Shown here: positions 46,842 through 57,900 of the stretch, piece after piece
How the letters are laid out: every line of letters starts with the position of its first letter
How positions within the stretch are numbered: the first letter of the stretch is position 1
From: Turneriella sp.
GTDB lineage: Bacteria; Spirochaetota; Leptospiria; Turneriellales; Turneriellaceae
Length of the DNA stretch: 64,000 bases
Direction of reading: 5' to 3'
NCBI GenBank assembly: GCA_965279515.1
Contig: CBDIID010000003.1
Span: 4,320,001-4,384,000, forward strand
The notes under the pieces: model-generated
Told to the model about the DNA's origin: nothing
Seen by the model: the letters and a program-made list of their open reading frames with translations, nothing else
The model's database searches: none
Position numbers and translations under genes: made by a program

Positions 46842-48368
46842 TTGAATCGAATTGCCCGGCTGAGCGCCATTGCCCTGGTCTTTACGTTTTCGCCGATCTT
46901 TGCCGAGATGGCCGAAAGCTTCGGCCTGGGGCCGCGCATGATTGGCTTCTCCGGCGCCGGTGTCGCCAGCGTCAGCGACTGGACATCGACTTTTTATAAC
47001 GTTGCAGGCCTGACTTCACCCACGAGTGAACGGGCAATTTTTGGAAACCAGGAAAAATCCGAAGAGGCGTCGGGAAAGATCAAACTCCTTAAAGATGATG
47101 GATCATTGCAGAGCGACGAAAAGGGCAACAAAGACGCTATCGATAAGAAACTCGAAGCCGAGGTGCTGGCCAAAGAAGACAAGCCCACACATCAGGTGGG
47201 GATGAATTATATGCTGCAGGCGTCGCTGATGACATTGGCGCCTAAGACGAGCAATGATACCGTCAAAGCTAACACAGATCTTGCCAAGAAAAGTCTAACT
47301 TACGGCGCCATACAGATGGGCCTGGTGTTTGATACGCGCACTCTGATGAATACCCCGAAGAATATTCCCGTACGTTTAGGGGTTGCATTGTCGGTGCGGG
47401 ATAACGGTACGATTGCGACGGTCAACGATACTACAATTGAATCTTACAACTTCATGCGCCTCGGCCGCGAAGCACAGCGCATTCTTATTATTTCCGGCTT
47501 GTCTGCCCAGGTTTGGCGCAATCGTCTGAGCATCGGCGTGGGTTACAACATGTTTACGGGAGGTAAGGGGCGATTCCAGATGGACAACGTGGAAATCGAT
47601 CCGACCGGTGCCACGCAGGTACCCAATGCAGAGGTGCAGATGGATCTGACTCCGTCAGGTGCGCCTGTAGCCGGTTTTCAATACCGTCAGAATTTTAAGA
47701 ACCGCATTCTCATGGTGGGATTCAACTGGCGCGGTGAAACTTATATGGAGATGAATCCTCTGGATGCCAACGCGACAACTCAGCTGTTAAGGGTGAGTTT
47801 GCCCTTGCGTTTGGCAATTCTCGATTTCTATTCGCCGCATACCTTTACCTTGGGCGTCACTTACTTCCACGATGAGGCATTGAAGCTCTCGCTCGACGGG
47901 GAATTTCAGTGGTGGAATCGTTTTCAGGTCAACAGTGCGCGCCAGGAATATTTGAATAAGGTTAATGAGTCCTTTGATAAATTTAAGAATATTATCCTGG
48001 TGAAATTTGGGGTGGAGAGCAGGCCCGGACGTTACATTCCGAAGCTGCGCGAGGTGCCGCTTTTTGTGCGCGCCGGGTTTACTTATATTCCGGCATTTAC
48101 CCCCGACCAGAATAGTTTTTCCAACTTTCTGGATAATAACAAAATCGGTTATTCGCTCGGTGCCTCGTTCTTCCTGAATTCCAATTCCATCGTCAAGGTT
48201 CCGGTTGAGCTGATCTTCGGCTTCCAGCACCAGATTTGGATGGAGCGCAGCAGTGTGAAATCAGGCGCCGTTACAGGGTCGACATCATATTTAGCAGGCA
48301 ACCAGCCGGATTATGCCTATAGCGGTCACGTTATTATTGTCTCCATCGGCGCCCTGATGAAATTCTGA
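46842..48368 (+). CDS. OmpP1/FadL/TodX-family outer-membrane transporter
   Basis: Signal peptide, FGLGPRMIGFSGAGVASVSDWTSTFYNVAGL (FadL hatch-like NPA position), amphipathic beta strands, C-terminal Phe. Confidence 0.75.
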   Translation: MNRIARLSAIALVFTFSPIFAEMAESFGLGPRMIGFSGAGVASVSDWTSTFYNVAGLTSPTSERAIFGNQEKSEEASGKIKLLKDDGSLQSDEKGNKDAIDKKLEAEVLAKEDKPTHQVGMNYMLQASLMTLAPKTSNDTVKANTDLAKKSLTYGAIQMGLVFDTRTLMNTPKNIPVRLGVALSVRDNGTIATVNDTTIESYNFMRLGREAQRILIISGLSAQVWRNRLSIGVGYNMFTGGKGRFQMDNVEIDPTGATQVPNAEVQMDLTPSGAPVAGFQYRQNFKNRILMVGFNWRGETYMEMNPLDANATTQLLRVSLPLRLAILDFYSPHTFTLGVTYFHDEALKLSLDGEFQWWNRFQVNSARQEYLNKVNESFDKFKNIILVKFGVESRPGRYIPKLREVPLFVRAGFTYIPAFTPDQNSFSNFLDNNKIGYSLGASFFLNSNSIVKVPVELIFGFQHQIWMERSSVKSGAVTGSTSYLAGNQPDYAYSGHVIIVSIGALMKF

Positions 48369-48407
48369 TCCCGGTGGCTTGCGCGCGAAACGCGCGTGAT
48401 GCTACTG

Positions 48408-49856
48408 CTATTTTTTGATTTCGATGGGCGCCAGAAAGACAGACGTTTTCTTATCCGCTTTAGATTTCTGCGTCATGAAAATGAATAACGCATGGCTGTT
48501 ATCGGCGTTCGTGACGGCTTTGAAAATGCCGTAGGCCGGTGCAGTGATGCGGGCAATTTCCTGTTTGGAGAAATCTTTATTTCCGCCATAAACAGTGATG
48601 CCGTTGATCTCGGTGCCGAGAATAAAATCGGTCTGCCCGTCGTTGTTGAAGTCGCCGTAGGTGAAGCCGGGCACCGCCGATTCCTTAGAGTCAAAGGTCA
48701 GCGTTGTCTTTTCCAGCGGGTTATCCTTGGTTTCGATGGGATCGATCAGCTGCAATGTCAGCGACACCTTGGAGCGAATAATATAATTCATGAAAAAGCC
48801 GAGCCCGGTATCGACGGTCGGCAGTAGCAGAAGTTTACGGTTTCTCATCGAAGCCACGAGGGGGGAAAACACGCCGCCTTTGATCGAATGTTCGATGGTT
48901 TTCCCGGGTTCAGGGATGAAATTTACACCTTTGAAAATTTTCATATCGACCCGGATATTGAGGCCTAAGCCCTTCACGGCGGAGTAAACCAGATCCAGAT
49001 TGCCGTCACCGTCAAAGTCGACGAATTCTGAGTAAGCCACATAGATGTCTTCTTGCGGCATCGGGTAGATTTTCAGAATCGTTTCTGAGAAAGGTTTAAT
49101 CGGCTTGCCTGAACTCAGAAAATAGTAGATGCGTTCGTCGACACGGGCGGCTGCGTCTAGAATTCCGTCGTTATTAAAATCGAGAAACGCAGGCTGGGGT
49201 ATGATGACACTCGAACGGATGCTGTTCGAGGGTAGGTCGGAATTCTGCCAAAGGCGGTTGGTAAAACTGCCGCGCGGCTGGTAAGGTAAAATTTTTTCAC
49301 GCGTAAATTTCTTTCCGCCATCGTTGTGGTAGACGAGGAATTTGCCCTCTGCCGGCAGGAAAAAATCCGTGAAGCCGTCGCGGTCATAGTCGAGGGTTAA
49401 GCGGCTCTGTTCGAGGTTATCGACATAGAGCGGCAGTGCCAGTCTATCGTGGATGATACGTTCTGCTTCGCCGAACTTTCCCGAGTGCAGTGTTCTTTTA
49501 TAGATGCCGTTCTGCGTCATTTCAATGAGATCGTCGTTCAGATCGCCGTCGAGGTCGGCGAAGTCGATCGCCGAGGTTTCGTTGAGCAGAGATATCGTTT
49601 GTATGATTTTCAGCTGATCGTCGAGAATGACCAGGCGTTTTTCGCGGCCGACATAGAAAAAATTCCGGGGTGCCGCGCCGCCGGCTTTCGCCTTGAAGCT
49701 GCCACCCATTTCAGGCACAAAACCCACATCCTGTGTCAGAACCGGGGATTCTGAGAAGACTGCCGTGGTAATAAATAAAAAAGCCCAGAGGCGTTTCCTA
49801 AGAAACGCCGGCCGGGCTTTTTTACAGTTTCGGGGGAGATCCCCCTCTGCTGTCAT
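48408..49856 (-). CDS. FG-GAP/VCBS repeat exported protein
   Basis: Repeated DLDGDLNDDL, DYDRDGFTDF, DFNNDGILD, DFDGDGNLDL, GDFNNDGQTDF. TGATG overlap with the fabG stop. Start uncertain. Confidence 0.82.
   Translation of the reverse strand: MTAEGDLPRNCKKARPAFLRKRLWAFLFITTAVFSESPVLTQDVGFVPEMGGSFKAKAGGAAPRNFFYVGREKRLVILDDQLKIIQTISLLNETSAIDFADLDGDLNDDLIEMTQNGIYKRTLHSGKFGEAERIIHDRLALPLYVDNLEQSRLTLDYDRDGFTDFFLPAEGKFLVYHNDGGKKFTREKILPYQPRGSFTNRLWQNSDLPSNSIRSSVIIPQPAFLDFNNDGILDAAARVDERIYYFLSSGKPIKPFSETILKIYPMPQEDIYVAYSEFVDFDGDGNLDLVYSAVKGLGLNIRVDMKIFKGVNFIPEPGKTIEHSIKGGVFSPLVASMRNRKLLLLPTVDTGLGFFMNYIIRSKVSLTLQLIDPIETKDNPLEKTTLTFDSKESAVPGFTYGDFNNDGQTDFILGTEINGITVYGGNKDFSKQEIARITAPAYGIFKAVTNADNSHALFIFMTQKSKADKKTSVFLAPIEIKK
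49831..49846. repeat. Short palindrome CGGGGGAGATCCCCCT (copy 2)
   Basis: Just downstream of the fabG stop. One mismatch to 14253-14268. Confidence 0.5.
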
Positions 49857-50608
49857 CAGAGACCGATCGCGGCCCCGCCGTCTACGCGGAGGACTACCCC
49901 GGTGATAAAATCGGCTTCGGAAGATGCGAGAAAGCGCACGGCTTTCGCAATGTCGCCCGGTGAACCTTTGTGGGGTAAGGGTGACATTTTTGCCAGCTCT
50001 TCTTTGATTTTATCGTTAAGAACACCGGTCATACCTGTTGGAATGAAACCGGGAGCGATGGCGTTGATGCAGATATTGCGCGAAGCATATTCACGCGCCG
50101 AAGTTTTCGTAAGCGCAATCACACCGGCTTTTGCCGAAGCGTAGTTCGCCTGACCGGGGCTACCGACGAGACCTGCGACGGACGAGATGTTGACGATTTT
50201 GCCGTATTTGGCTTTCATCATGACTTTGGTTGCCGCCTGAATGCCGAAGAACACGCCCTTGAGGCAGACATTCTGTACGAGGTCCCAGTCTTCTTCAGAC
50301 ATGCGCATGAAGAGATCGTCGCGCAGAACGCCGGCGTTGTTAACCCAGATGTCGAGGCGGCCGAGCTTTTCGACGGCTGCTGCAGCGAGCGCGGTATTGT
50401 CGGCTTTTTTTGTGACGTTGGCCGCGAAACCGATAGCTTTCACACCGTATTTGGCAGCGATCATCGCTGCGGTTTTATCGCAATTTTCCTGGCTGATATC
50501 GGAAATGACGATATTGCAACCTTGCTCGGCGAGGTGTTCAGCTGTTGCACAGCCGAGACCTTGGGGTGATGCGGAACCTGTGATTACCGCGACTCTGTCT
50601 TTGAACAT
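49856..50608 (-). CDS. fabG: 3-oxoacyl-ACP reductase (SDR)
   Basis: VITGSASPQGLG, NNAGVLRD..FMRM, NISSV, GQANYASAK (YxxxK), IAPGFI.T.MT, ITG.VL.VDGG. Confidence 0.88.
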   Translation of the reverse strand: MFKDRVAVITGSASPQGLGCATAEHLAEQGCNIVISDISQENCDKTAAMIAAKYGVKAIGFAANVTKKADNTALAAAAVEKLGRLDIWVNNAGVLRDDLFMRMSEEDWDLVQNVCLKGVFFGIQAATKVMMKAKYGKIVNISSVAGLVGSPGQANYASAKAGVIALTKTSAREYASRNICINAIAPGFIPTGMTGVLNDKIKEELAKMSPLPHKGSPGDIAKAVRFLASSEADFITGVVLRVDGGAAIGL

Positions 50609-50758
50609 AGCGGTCTGATTAGGCTGTCGAGACAGTTTGTCAAGTTCATTGCTGTAGCGCTTGCTACAATATAAAGCGTGCGACGCCGGCTATGCCAACG
50701 CCTTGACGGTGTATTAGCTCAAGCGACATAATCCGGGCGCAGTCTGGAGAGCAGTTAT

Positions 50759-52396
50759 ATGAAAAGAACGCGGTACATCTTTGTCACAGGCGGGGTGGCG
50801 AGCTCTCTCGGCAAAGGCGTCTCGATCGCATCGATCGGCGCGCTGCTCGAGGCACGCGGCTTCAAAGTCACGATCCAGAAAATGGATCCCTATATCAACA
50901 TCGACCCGGGCACGATGAGCCCTTTTCAGCATGGCGAAGTCTATGTCACCGAAGACGGCGCCGAAACTGATCTCGACCTGGGCTATTACGAACGTTTTAC
51001 CAGCGCGAATTTGGGCCGCGAAAATTCTGTTTCGACCGGCCAGATCTACCATAGTGTGATCTCGCGTGAGCGCCGCGGCGAATATCTCGGCCGCACGGTG
51101 CAGGTGATTCCGCACATCACCAATGAAATCAAGAACCGCATACAGCTTCTGGCGCAGATGAATCCCGGGTTGGATTTCGTGCTGGTGGAAATCGGCGGCA
51201 CTGTCGGCGATATTGAATCCGTGCCGTTTCTCGAAGCGATACGCCAGTTCCGTCTCGACCAGGGGCAGGAGAACACCATGTTCATCCACCTGACACTCGT
51301 GCCTTCGATCGTCGACGGCGGAGAGATCAAGACGAAGCCGACACAACACTCGGTGAAAGAACTTCTGAAGCAGGGTATTCAACCCGATATTCTCATCTGC
51401 CGCACCACGTCGCCATTAGATGCCGAAGTGAAAGAAAAGATTTCGCTGTTTTGCAATGTTTCTAAAAAACGCGTTTTCTCTGCGCCCGACATAGAGCATA
51501 CGATTTACGAGATTCCCCAGATTTTTCACAGCGAAGATCTCGATCGCGAAATTTTGCAATACTTCCATATGGAAAACCAGTCGGGGGAGTACCTGCTGAA
51601 CCTCAACCCCATGCTGGCGAAGTGGGACCAGGTCGTCGATGTCTTCAAACATCCCCGACACCATGTGAAGATTGCCGTTGTCGGCAAATACATGGCGCTG
51701 CACGATGCCTACCGCTCACTCTATGAAGCGCTGACGCATGGCGGCTTTCCCCGGCATATAGCCGTGGAGTTTATCAAAATTGATTCCGAGAAAGTGGATA
51801 CCGGGAATTTTGAAGAGTTGCTTGAGAATGCGCAGGGGATTCTGGTTCCCGGCGGTTTCGGCGAGCGCGGTGTCGAAGGTAAGTTGCTGGCGATTCGTTA
51901 TGCGCGTGAGAGAAAGATTCCGTATTTTGGCATCTGTCTCGGCATGCAGTGTGCGGTGATTGAATTTGCGCGGAATATACTGGGCTATAAAGATGCTCAC
52001 TCCACGGAGTTTGATCCCGATTCTACCTACCCGGTGATCAGCCTGATGGAAGAGCAGACTGCGGTGGTGAACAAGGGCGGTACGATGCGCCTCGGGGCTT
52101 ATCCCACGAAACTCGCACAGGGCTCGCTCATGGCGGAATGTTACATGCAATCGCTGATACATGAGCGGCACCGCCACCGTTTTGAATTTAACAACAAATA
52201 CCGTGCGGCCTTTGAAGCGGAAGGTATGCGGCTCTCTGGTTTGTCGCCTGACGAGACTCTCGTGGAGACTGTAGAGCTCGACCGTAAACTGCACCCGTTC
52301 TTTGTCGGTACGCAGTATCACCCGGAATTTAAATCAAAACCATTGCAGCCGCACCCTGTCTTTACACGTTTTATCGAAAAAAGCGCCGGGCTGTGA
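50759..52396 (+). CDS. pyrG: CTP synthase
   Basis: YIFVTGGVASSLGKG, DPYINIDPGTMSPFQHGE, KTKPTQHSV, GICLGMQ, ERHRHRFE, QYHPE. Confidence 0.98.
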   Translation: MKRTRYIFVTGGVASSLGKGVSIASIGALLEARGFKVTIQKMDPYINIDPGTMSPFQHGEVYVTEDGAETDLDLGYYERFTSANLGRENSVSTGQIYHSVISRERRGEYLGRTVQVIPHITNEIKNRIQLLAQMNPGLDFVLVEIGGTVGDIESVPFLEAIRQFRLDQGQENTMFIHLTLVPSIVDGGEIKTKPTQHSVKELLKQGIQPDILICRTTSPLDAEVKEKISLFCNVSKKRVFSAPDIEHTIYEIPQIFHSEDLDREILQYFHMENQSGEYLLNLNPMLAKWDQVVDVFKHPRHHVKIAVVGKYMALHDAYRSLYEALTHGGFPRHIAVEFIKIDSEKVDTGNFEELLENAQGILVPGGFGERGVEGKLLAIRYARERKIPYFGICLGMQCAVIEFARNILGYKDAHSTEFDPDSTYPVISLMEEQTAVVNKGGTMRLGAYPTKLAQGSLMAECYMQSLIHERHRHRFEFNNKYRAAFEAEGMRLSGLSPDETLVETVELDRKLHPFFVGTQYHPEFKSKPLQPHPVFTRFIEKSAGL

Positions 52397-52402
52397 CCTG
52401 CG

Positions 52403-52888
52403 GTGAGTAGCGCAGCGTACCGAACCGTGCTCTTCGATGAACATAAATTATTTGCTGAAGAAATAGAAGAGCTTTGGCGTGAAATGAACGCTATGAAGGC
52501 GAAAGCGACGTTACCGCTGGAAATCCCCCCGCCGAGTTTCCGTGATATGGAGGGGGAGTTCTGGCGTTACCGTTCCCGCAAGGCGATCCTGGTTAAATTT
52601 CCCGTCCTCGCGAAACAGCTGAACCCGATTGGTGTTATGCAGGGTGGCTTTATGGCAGCGGCTTTTGACAATACTCTGGGTCCCCTTTCGTATGCTGCCG
52701 CGCAAAAGCCTGCCGTGACGCTCGACATGTCGCAGACATACCTGCGCGCGGCGCGCGCCGGCGACATTCTCTGCTGCGAGGCTGAGGTTGTGGCGCGCGG
52801 GCAAAGGACGCTTTATATGACAGCGTCGATGTACGATGCGCGTAAAAAGCTGATTGCCACCGCGCAGACACAGATTCTGATTCTATAA
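52403..52888 (+). CDS. PaaI family (hotdog-fold) thioesterase
   Basis: LNPIGVMQGGFMAAAFD, TLDMSQTYLR. Confidence 0.85.
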   Translation: MSSAAYRTVLFDEHKLFAEEIEELWREMNAMKAKATLPLEIPPPSFRDMEGEFWRYRSRKAILVKFPVLAKQLNPIGVMQGGFMAAAFDNTLGPLSYAAAQKPAVTLDMSQTYLRAARAGDILCCEAEVVARGQRTLYMTASMYDARKKLIATAQTQILIL

Positions 52889-52889
52889 A

Positions 52890-54287
52890 ATGCCGGAAAG
52901 GATTCTGCTCTTGGGTGCCGGCGGAAAGACCGGCGAATCGTATGCGCGGCTTTTACAGTCGCACGGCCACCATGTGCTCTGGTATGACAAAAATCCGGAC
53001 CAGGCGCCGAAAAACCTGGAGCCAGGGCTTCTGACACATGTCGCTTCGGCTGCATTGGTGTTTTCAGCGCTCAGGGATAGCTTTGATACCCTGACGCTCA
53101 CCCCGGGAGTTCCTCTTGCGCAGGCCTTTATCCAGGAAGCGCGCGCAGCCGGGAAGCGTGTGATTTCCGAAGTCGCCTATACTGCACCTTACCTCGCGGA
53201 TTTTAAAATTGTCGGTATCACCGGAACCGACGGTAAGAGTACAACGACTACGCTGATCGCGCAAATACTCCGCGGCCTGGGACACGAGGCGATGGAGTGC
53301 GGTAATTTTGGCGTGCCGCTCTCAGAGATTGCGCTTGAGCGTGATAAATTTCACGGCAAGATTCTTGTCTGCGAGCTTTCGAGCTACCAGCTCGAAGAGC
53401 CGGGAGAGCTGAGACTCGATGCCGGTATTTTTCTGAACCTCGCGCCTGACCATTTGAACCGCTATGCCGGTGTCGAAGAGTATGGCCGCGCCAAGTGGAA
53501 TATTGCGCGCTGTCTTAAGGGTGACGCGCCCCTGGTCGTTGCGCAAAATCTCTTGCCCGGCAAAACGGCATACTGGAAAGATAAGCATCCGCTGGTGGAT
53601 TTCACGCATCCGTTGATTAGCGTCGATACGGAACATCTGACCTCGAGACATTTCAGCGTGACCGGCGATATGGTGCGCAACGCCGAGGTAACACTGGGTG
53701 ATCTCGCGCGTTCGGCGATTGCCGGCAAACATAACTACTCGAATCTGCTTTTTGCCCTGGAGGCCGTGCGTGGGCTGTTGGGAGAAAATTTTGCGGTTAA
53801 CCTCGACGCCGTATTTGCTGCTATTAAGCCGCTGCCACACCGCTTTGAGCTGATACCGCAGACGGCGCTGCCGCAGGTTACCTTCATCAACGATAGCAAG
53901 GCAACGACCACACAGGCAACTATGACGGCGCTGCAAAATACCAGGCAGCCGGTATTTATCTTTTTAGGCGGGCAAGGAAAGGGAGAGCGCTACCTCAGTC
54001 TTGGAGAAAAACTCAACGCCCTTAAAGCGCATGCCTGCATATTCGGGGAATGCCGCAACGACATGGCCGCCGACTTTACGCAGGTGGGTTTTACCAATTT
54101 TACGCTGCACGAGAATCTTTTTAAGGCCTTTCACACCGCCAAGCGTATGGTCGTGCAGCAGAAACTGCCACACGCGACGCTATTGTTGTCTCCCGCAGTC
54201 ACATCATGGGATCAGTTTTCGAGCTTTGAAGAACGCGGGGATTATTTCCGATCGCTGGTCGCAGCGCTCGGGATCGAAACTAAATAA
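52890..54287 (+). CDS. murD: UDP-N-acetylmuramoyl-L-alanine--D-glutamate ligase
   Basis: LLLGAGGKTG, TPGVP, GITGTDGKSTTT, ELSSYQL, DHLNRY, INDSKAT, LLSPA..SWDQFSSFEERG. Confidence 0.95.
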   Translation: MPERILLLGAGGKTGESYARLLQSHGHHVLWYDKNPDQAPKNLEPGLLTHVASAALVFSALRDSFDTLTLTPGVPLAQAFIQEARAAGKRVISEVAYTAPYLADFKIVGITGTDGKSTTTTLIAQILRGLGHEAMECGNFGVPLSEIALERDKFHGKILVCELSSYQLEEPGELRLDAGIFLNLAPDHLNRYAGVEEYGRAKWNIARCLKGDAPLVVAQNLLPGKTAYWKDKHPLVDFTHPLISVDTEHLTSRHFSVTGDMVRNAEVTLGDLARSAIAGKHNYSNLLFALEAVRGLLGENFAVNLDAVFAAIKPLPHRFELIPQTALPQVTFINDSKATTTQATMTALQNTRQPVFIFLGGQGKGERYLSLGEKLNALKAHACIFGECRNDMAADFTQVGFTNFTLHENLFKAFHTAKRMVVQQKLPHATLLLSPAVTSWDQFSSFEERGDYFRSLVAALGIETK

Positions 54288-54741
54288 CGGTCAGCGACTG
54301 AAGAATTTTACCGACCAGCGCAGCTTCTTGCGGTTCAGGCTCACCCTTGCAGTTGTAGAGGGCGAGCACGAAGATGCGGTTGCGCTCTGCCATGAGTGCG
54401 AGGTAAAAATGACCGCCGTTGCGGTATTCGCAGGCGCCCATTTGGGTATTATCGCGCTCAAAGAACTGCGCGGCTTCGTTTGAAACTCCCTGCTTGCTGA
54501 GGAACAGGGCGAGTTTGTCCGGTATGTCTTTACCGATCAGAAAGGGCGATTGACTTACCAGTTCGCGGTTCTCCGCGCCGGCAAGGTTTGCCGCCATCAG
54601 CTGCAGCACACCGCCCGTGCCATAGGGATTGATACCATCGAAAAAACTGGGAATCCCTTCGATGACCTCCATCTCCCACGTGCGTGGGTATTCCAGGGAA
54701 TACCAGTTTTCGGGAGAAACGAAGGTTTGTGTAGAAGCCAT
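54280..54741 (-). CDS. Hypothetical protein (DUF3805-like N-terminus)
   Basis: FVSPENWYSLEYP..W motif. Starts immediately after the argG stop. Confidence 0.6.
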   Translation of the reverse strand: MASTQTFVSPENWYSLEYPRTWEMEVIEGIPSFFDGINPYGTGGVLQLMAANLAGAENRELVSQSPFLIGKDIPDKLALFLSKQGVSNEAAQFFERDNTQMGACEYRNGGHFYLALMAERNRIFVLALYNCKGEPEPQEAALVGKILQSLTVI

Positions 54742-54742
54742 A

Positions 54743-55969
<1,227 letters not shown>

Positions 55970-56009
55970 ACATCCGCATTGGAGAGGCGAAACACGCCGT
56001 AAATGAATC

Positions 56010-57635
56010 TCAGTAGGGGAGTTGGAGCACCTTCGCCCGGTTATTGCCGCCGTCGGCGGCCCAGATATAGCCGTTGTCAAAAATCAGGCCTTTCACGAGA
56101 TTGAAGGTTGTTTGCGTTGTACCGGAATTTGCCGTGGTAAACAGGGTTTGGCCGAGCAACTGTTGCGCAGCCTGGCCGTCGCCCGTGATCGGTAGGTCGT
56201 AAAAAACTACCCGGTTGTTGACCTCGTCGGCGATGGCGAGCTTGTTGTTCTGCGCCGCCATGCTGGCGGGAAAATTGAGGCTGGTTGCCGAGGGGCTCGC
56301 AAATCCCTGATTTGCAAGAACTGCGGTCGGACCCGTATGGCCGATGACAAAGGCCGGCCTGGCGTTGGAAACCGTGGGTATCGTGGTAAAAACCAGAACG
56401 CGGTGATGGCCGGTATCCGCGACATAAAGCCTGTTCGAATAGACCAGAACGTCATACGGAGTACTCATGTAATCGGTATTGGCGCCAAAGGTATAATCGG
56501 CACCACCCGTACCGGTACCGGTAAAATTCGACTGTCCGATTACAAAGTCCGCGCCGGCAGCGGTTGTGGTGGGCAGGGAGTTAAAGACGACAACGCGGTT
56601 GTTATCTTTATCGGCGATATAAAGTTTGCCGGCAATAGCATGCGTTGCGTAAGGGTGGTTCAAATTGCGGGAATCTCCCGCACCAAATGCATTGGCGGTA
56701 TTATTGCCCATGCTGTTTTGCCCCAAAACAAAATCTGCCGTTGCGCCGTGTGTTTTAGGAATCGTATTGAAACCGAGAACGCGGTTATTCTGGTTATCGG
56801 TGACATAGAGTACGCCGGCGTTTGAGACTGAGGCGTGTACGGGTTCGTTAAAACCCTGGTCATTGGCAACCGCGCCGGCACCGGCATTCATGCCGCTGGC
56901 AGTAAAGCTGGTTTGCCCGACAACCACATCTGCCGCGGCAGTTGCCGAGGCGGGAATCTGGTTGAAGATGAGCACCCGGTGGTTTCCGCGGTCTGCGACG
57001 ATGTATTTAAAGCGGTAGTTGTCGTTCGGGTCGATATAGACCCCGTGGCTATAGGGATTTGAGGCGCCGTTCGCAGCAACGGTACCGCCGCGGTTGGCTG
57101 TACCCGAGGTGAAGTTGGCCTGCAGCACCGGGAATGCCACCGCCGCACCGCTGTCGATATTGGCGCCACCGCCGCCATAACTTTCGTTAAGCTGTGAAAC
57201 TGCAGCACTGAGTGCCGCGGAGAGACCCGTTGCAAAATTTTTCACGAGCGCTGCCGATTTGTATGCTGCAGTATCCTGCGCGCAGATCACGATATCTTTT
57301 CCATAGAGGACAACATCGTCGTAGCTCAACTGAATGGCAGCGCTGTTCGTTGCAGCCTTGATGAGTGTTCCGCTTGTCCCCGTGCCGCCGGCGATGCGGC
57401 TACCATTACAATCCGCTGCGTGCAGAATGCGGAAACTACCATTTCGGTCGACGGTGAAAGAAAGCGAGAAGGTGACAAGGCGGGTATTTGCTGAATAGCC
57501 CGGCGAAGCCGTGGTATCGGATTGAATCCGGATGCTCAGGTCTTTATCTTCGTCAGTGAATTGCTGTAGGTACTGGCCGCAGGCGAAAACGCCAGGCAGT
57601 AAAAAGGCGCCGGCAAAGGGGGAAATCCGCCTCAT
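56010..57635 (-). CDS. NHL-repeat beta-propeller lipoprotein
   Basis: Lipobox-like GVFAC; six [AT]D..N/H.RV repeats, most followed by AD.V.GQ. Confidence 0.85.
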   Translation of the reverse strand: MRRISPFAGAFLLPGVFACGQYLQQFTDEDKDLSIRIQSDTTASPGYSANTRLVTFSLSFTVDRNGSFRILHAADCNGSRIAGGTGTSGTLIKAATNSAAIQLSYDDVVLYGKDIVICAQDTAAYKSAALVKNFATGLSAALSAAVSQLNESYGGGGANIDSGAAVAFPVLQANFTSGTANRGGTVAANGASNPYSHGVYIDPNDNYRFKYIVADRGNHRVLIFNQIPASATAAADVVVGQTSFTASGMNAGAGAVANDQGFNEPVHASVSNAGVLYVTDNQNNRVLGFNTIPKTHGATADFVLGQNSMGNNTANAFGAGDSRNLNHPYATHAIAGKLYIADKDNNRVVVFNSLPTTTAAGADFVIGQSNFTGTGTGGADYTFGANTDYMSTPYDVLVYSNRLYVADTGHHRVLVFTTIPTVSNARPAFVIGHTGPTAVLANQGFASPSATSLNFPASMAAQNNKLAIADEVNNRVVFYDLPITGDGQAAQQLLGQTLFTTANSGTTQTTFNLVKGLIFDNGYIWAADGGNNRAKVLQLPY

Positions 57636-57678
57636 TGCCTATGAGACGATCGAGATGGTAGGCAGGCAACTCATTTTG

Positions 57679-57882
57679 TTATTTTTTCAGGATAAACCAA
57701 AGCATGCTGCTCAGTGAGAACACCAGGCAGATGACAAAACCGCCGATGTTGAAGGGGGTTGGGTCTTCGCTCATACGGAAGCCGAAGATGAGCAGCGGAA
57801 TTTTGATGAAGATGATCGAATTGAGGAAGATCATCACCATCGACCGCACGTTAAGCGGTTTTTCTTCTTCGTTTGGGTTCAT
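57679..57882 (-). CDS. Small two-TM membrane protein
   Basis: 67 aa, two hydrophobic helices, fills the gap on the operon strand. Confidence 0.55.
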   Translation of the reverse strand: MNPNEEEKPLNVRSMVMIFLNSIIFIKIPLLIFGFRMSEDPTPFNIGGFVICLVFSLSSMLWFILKK

Positions 57883-57900
57883 GGCGCCGCGCTGCGCCGT

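Noticed and set aside
48382..48396. CGCGCG-AAA-CGCGCG hairpin between the convergent FadL-like and FG-GAP genes
   Set aside because: It may be a terminator, but it is low-complexity and has no adjacent U tract, so it was not called.
50703..50758. pyrG leader with TTGACG-N18-CATAAT followed by GGGC, suggesting Bacillus-type reiterative-transcription attenuation
   Set aside because: GGGC lies only 2 nt after the putative -10, and the short leader has no terminator hairpin.
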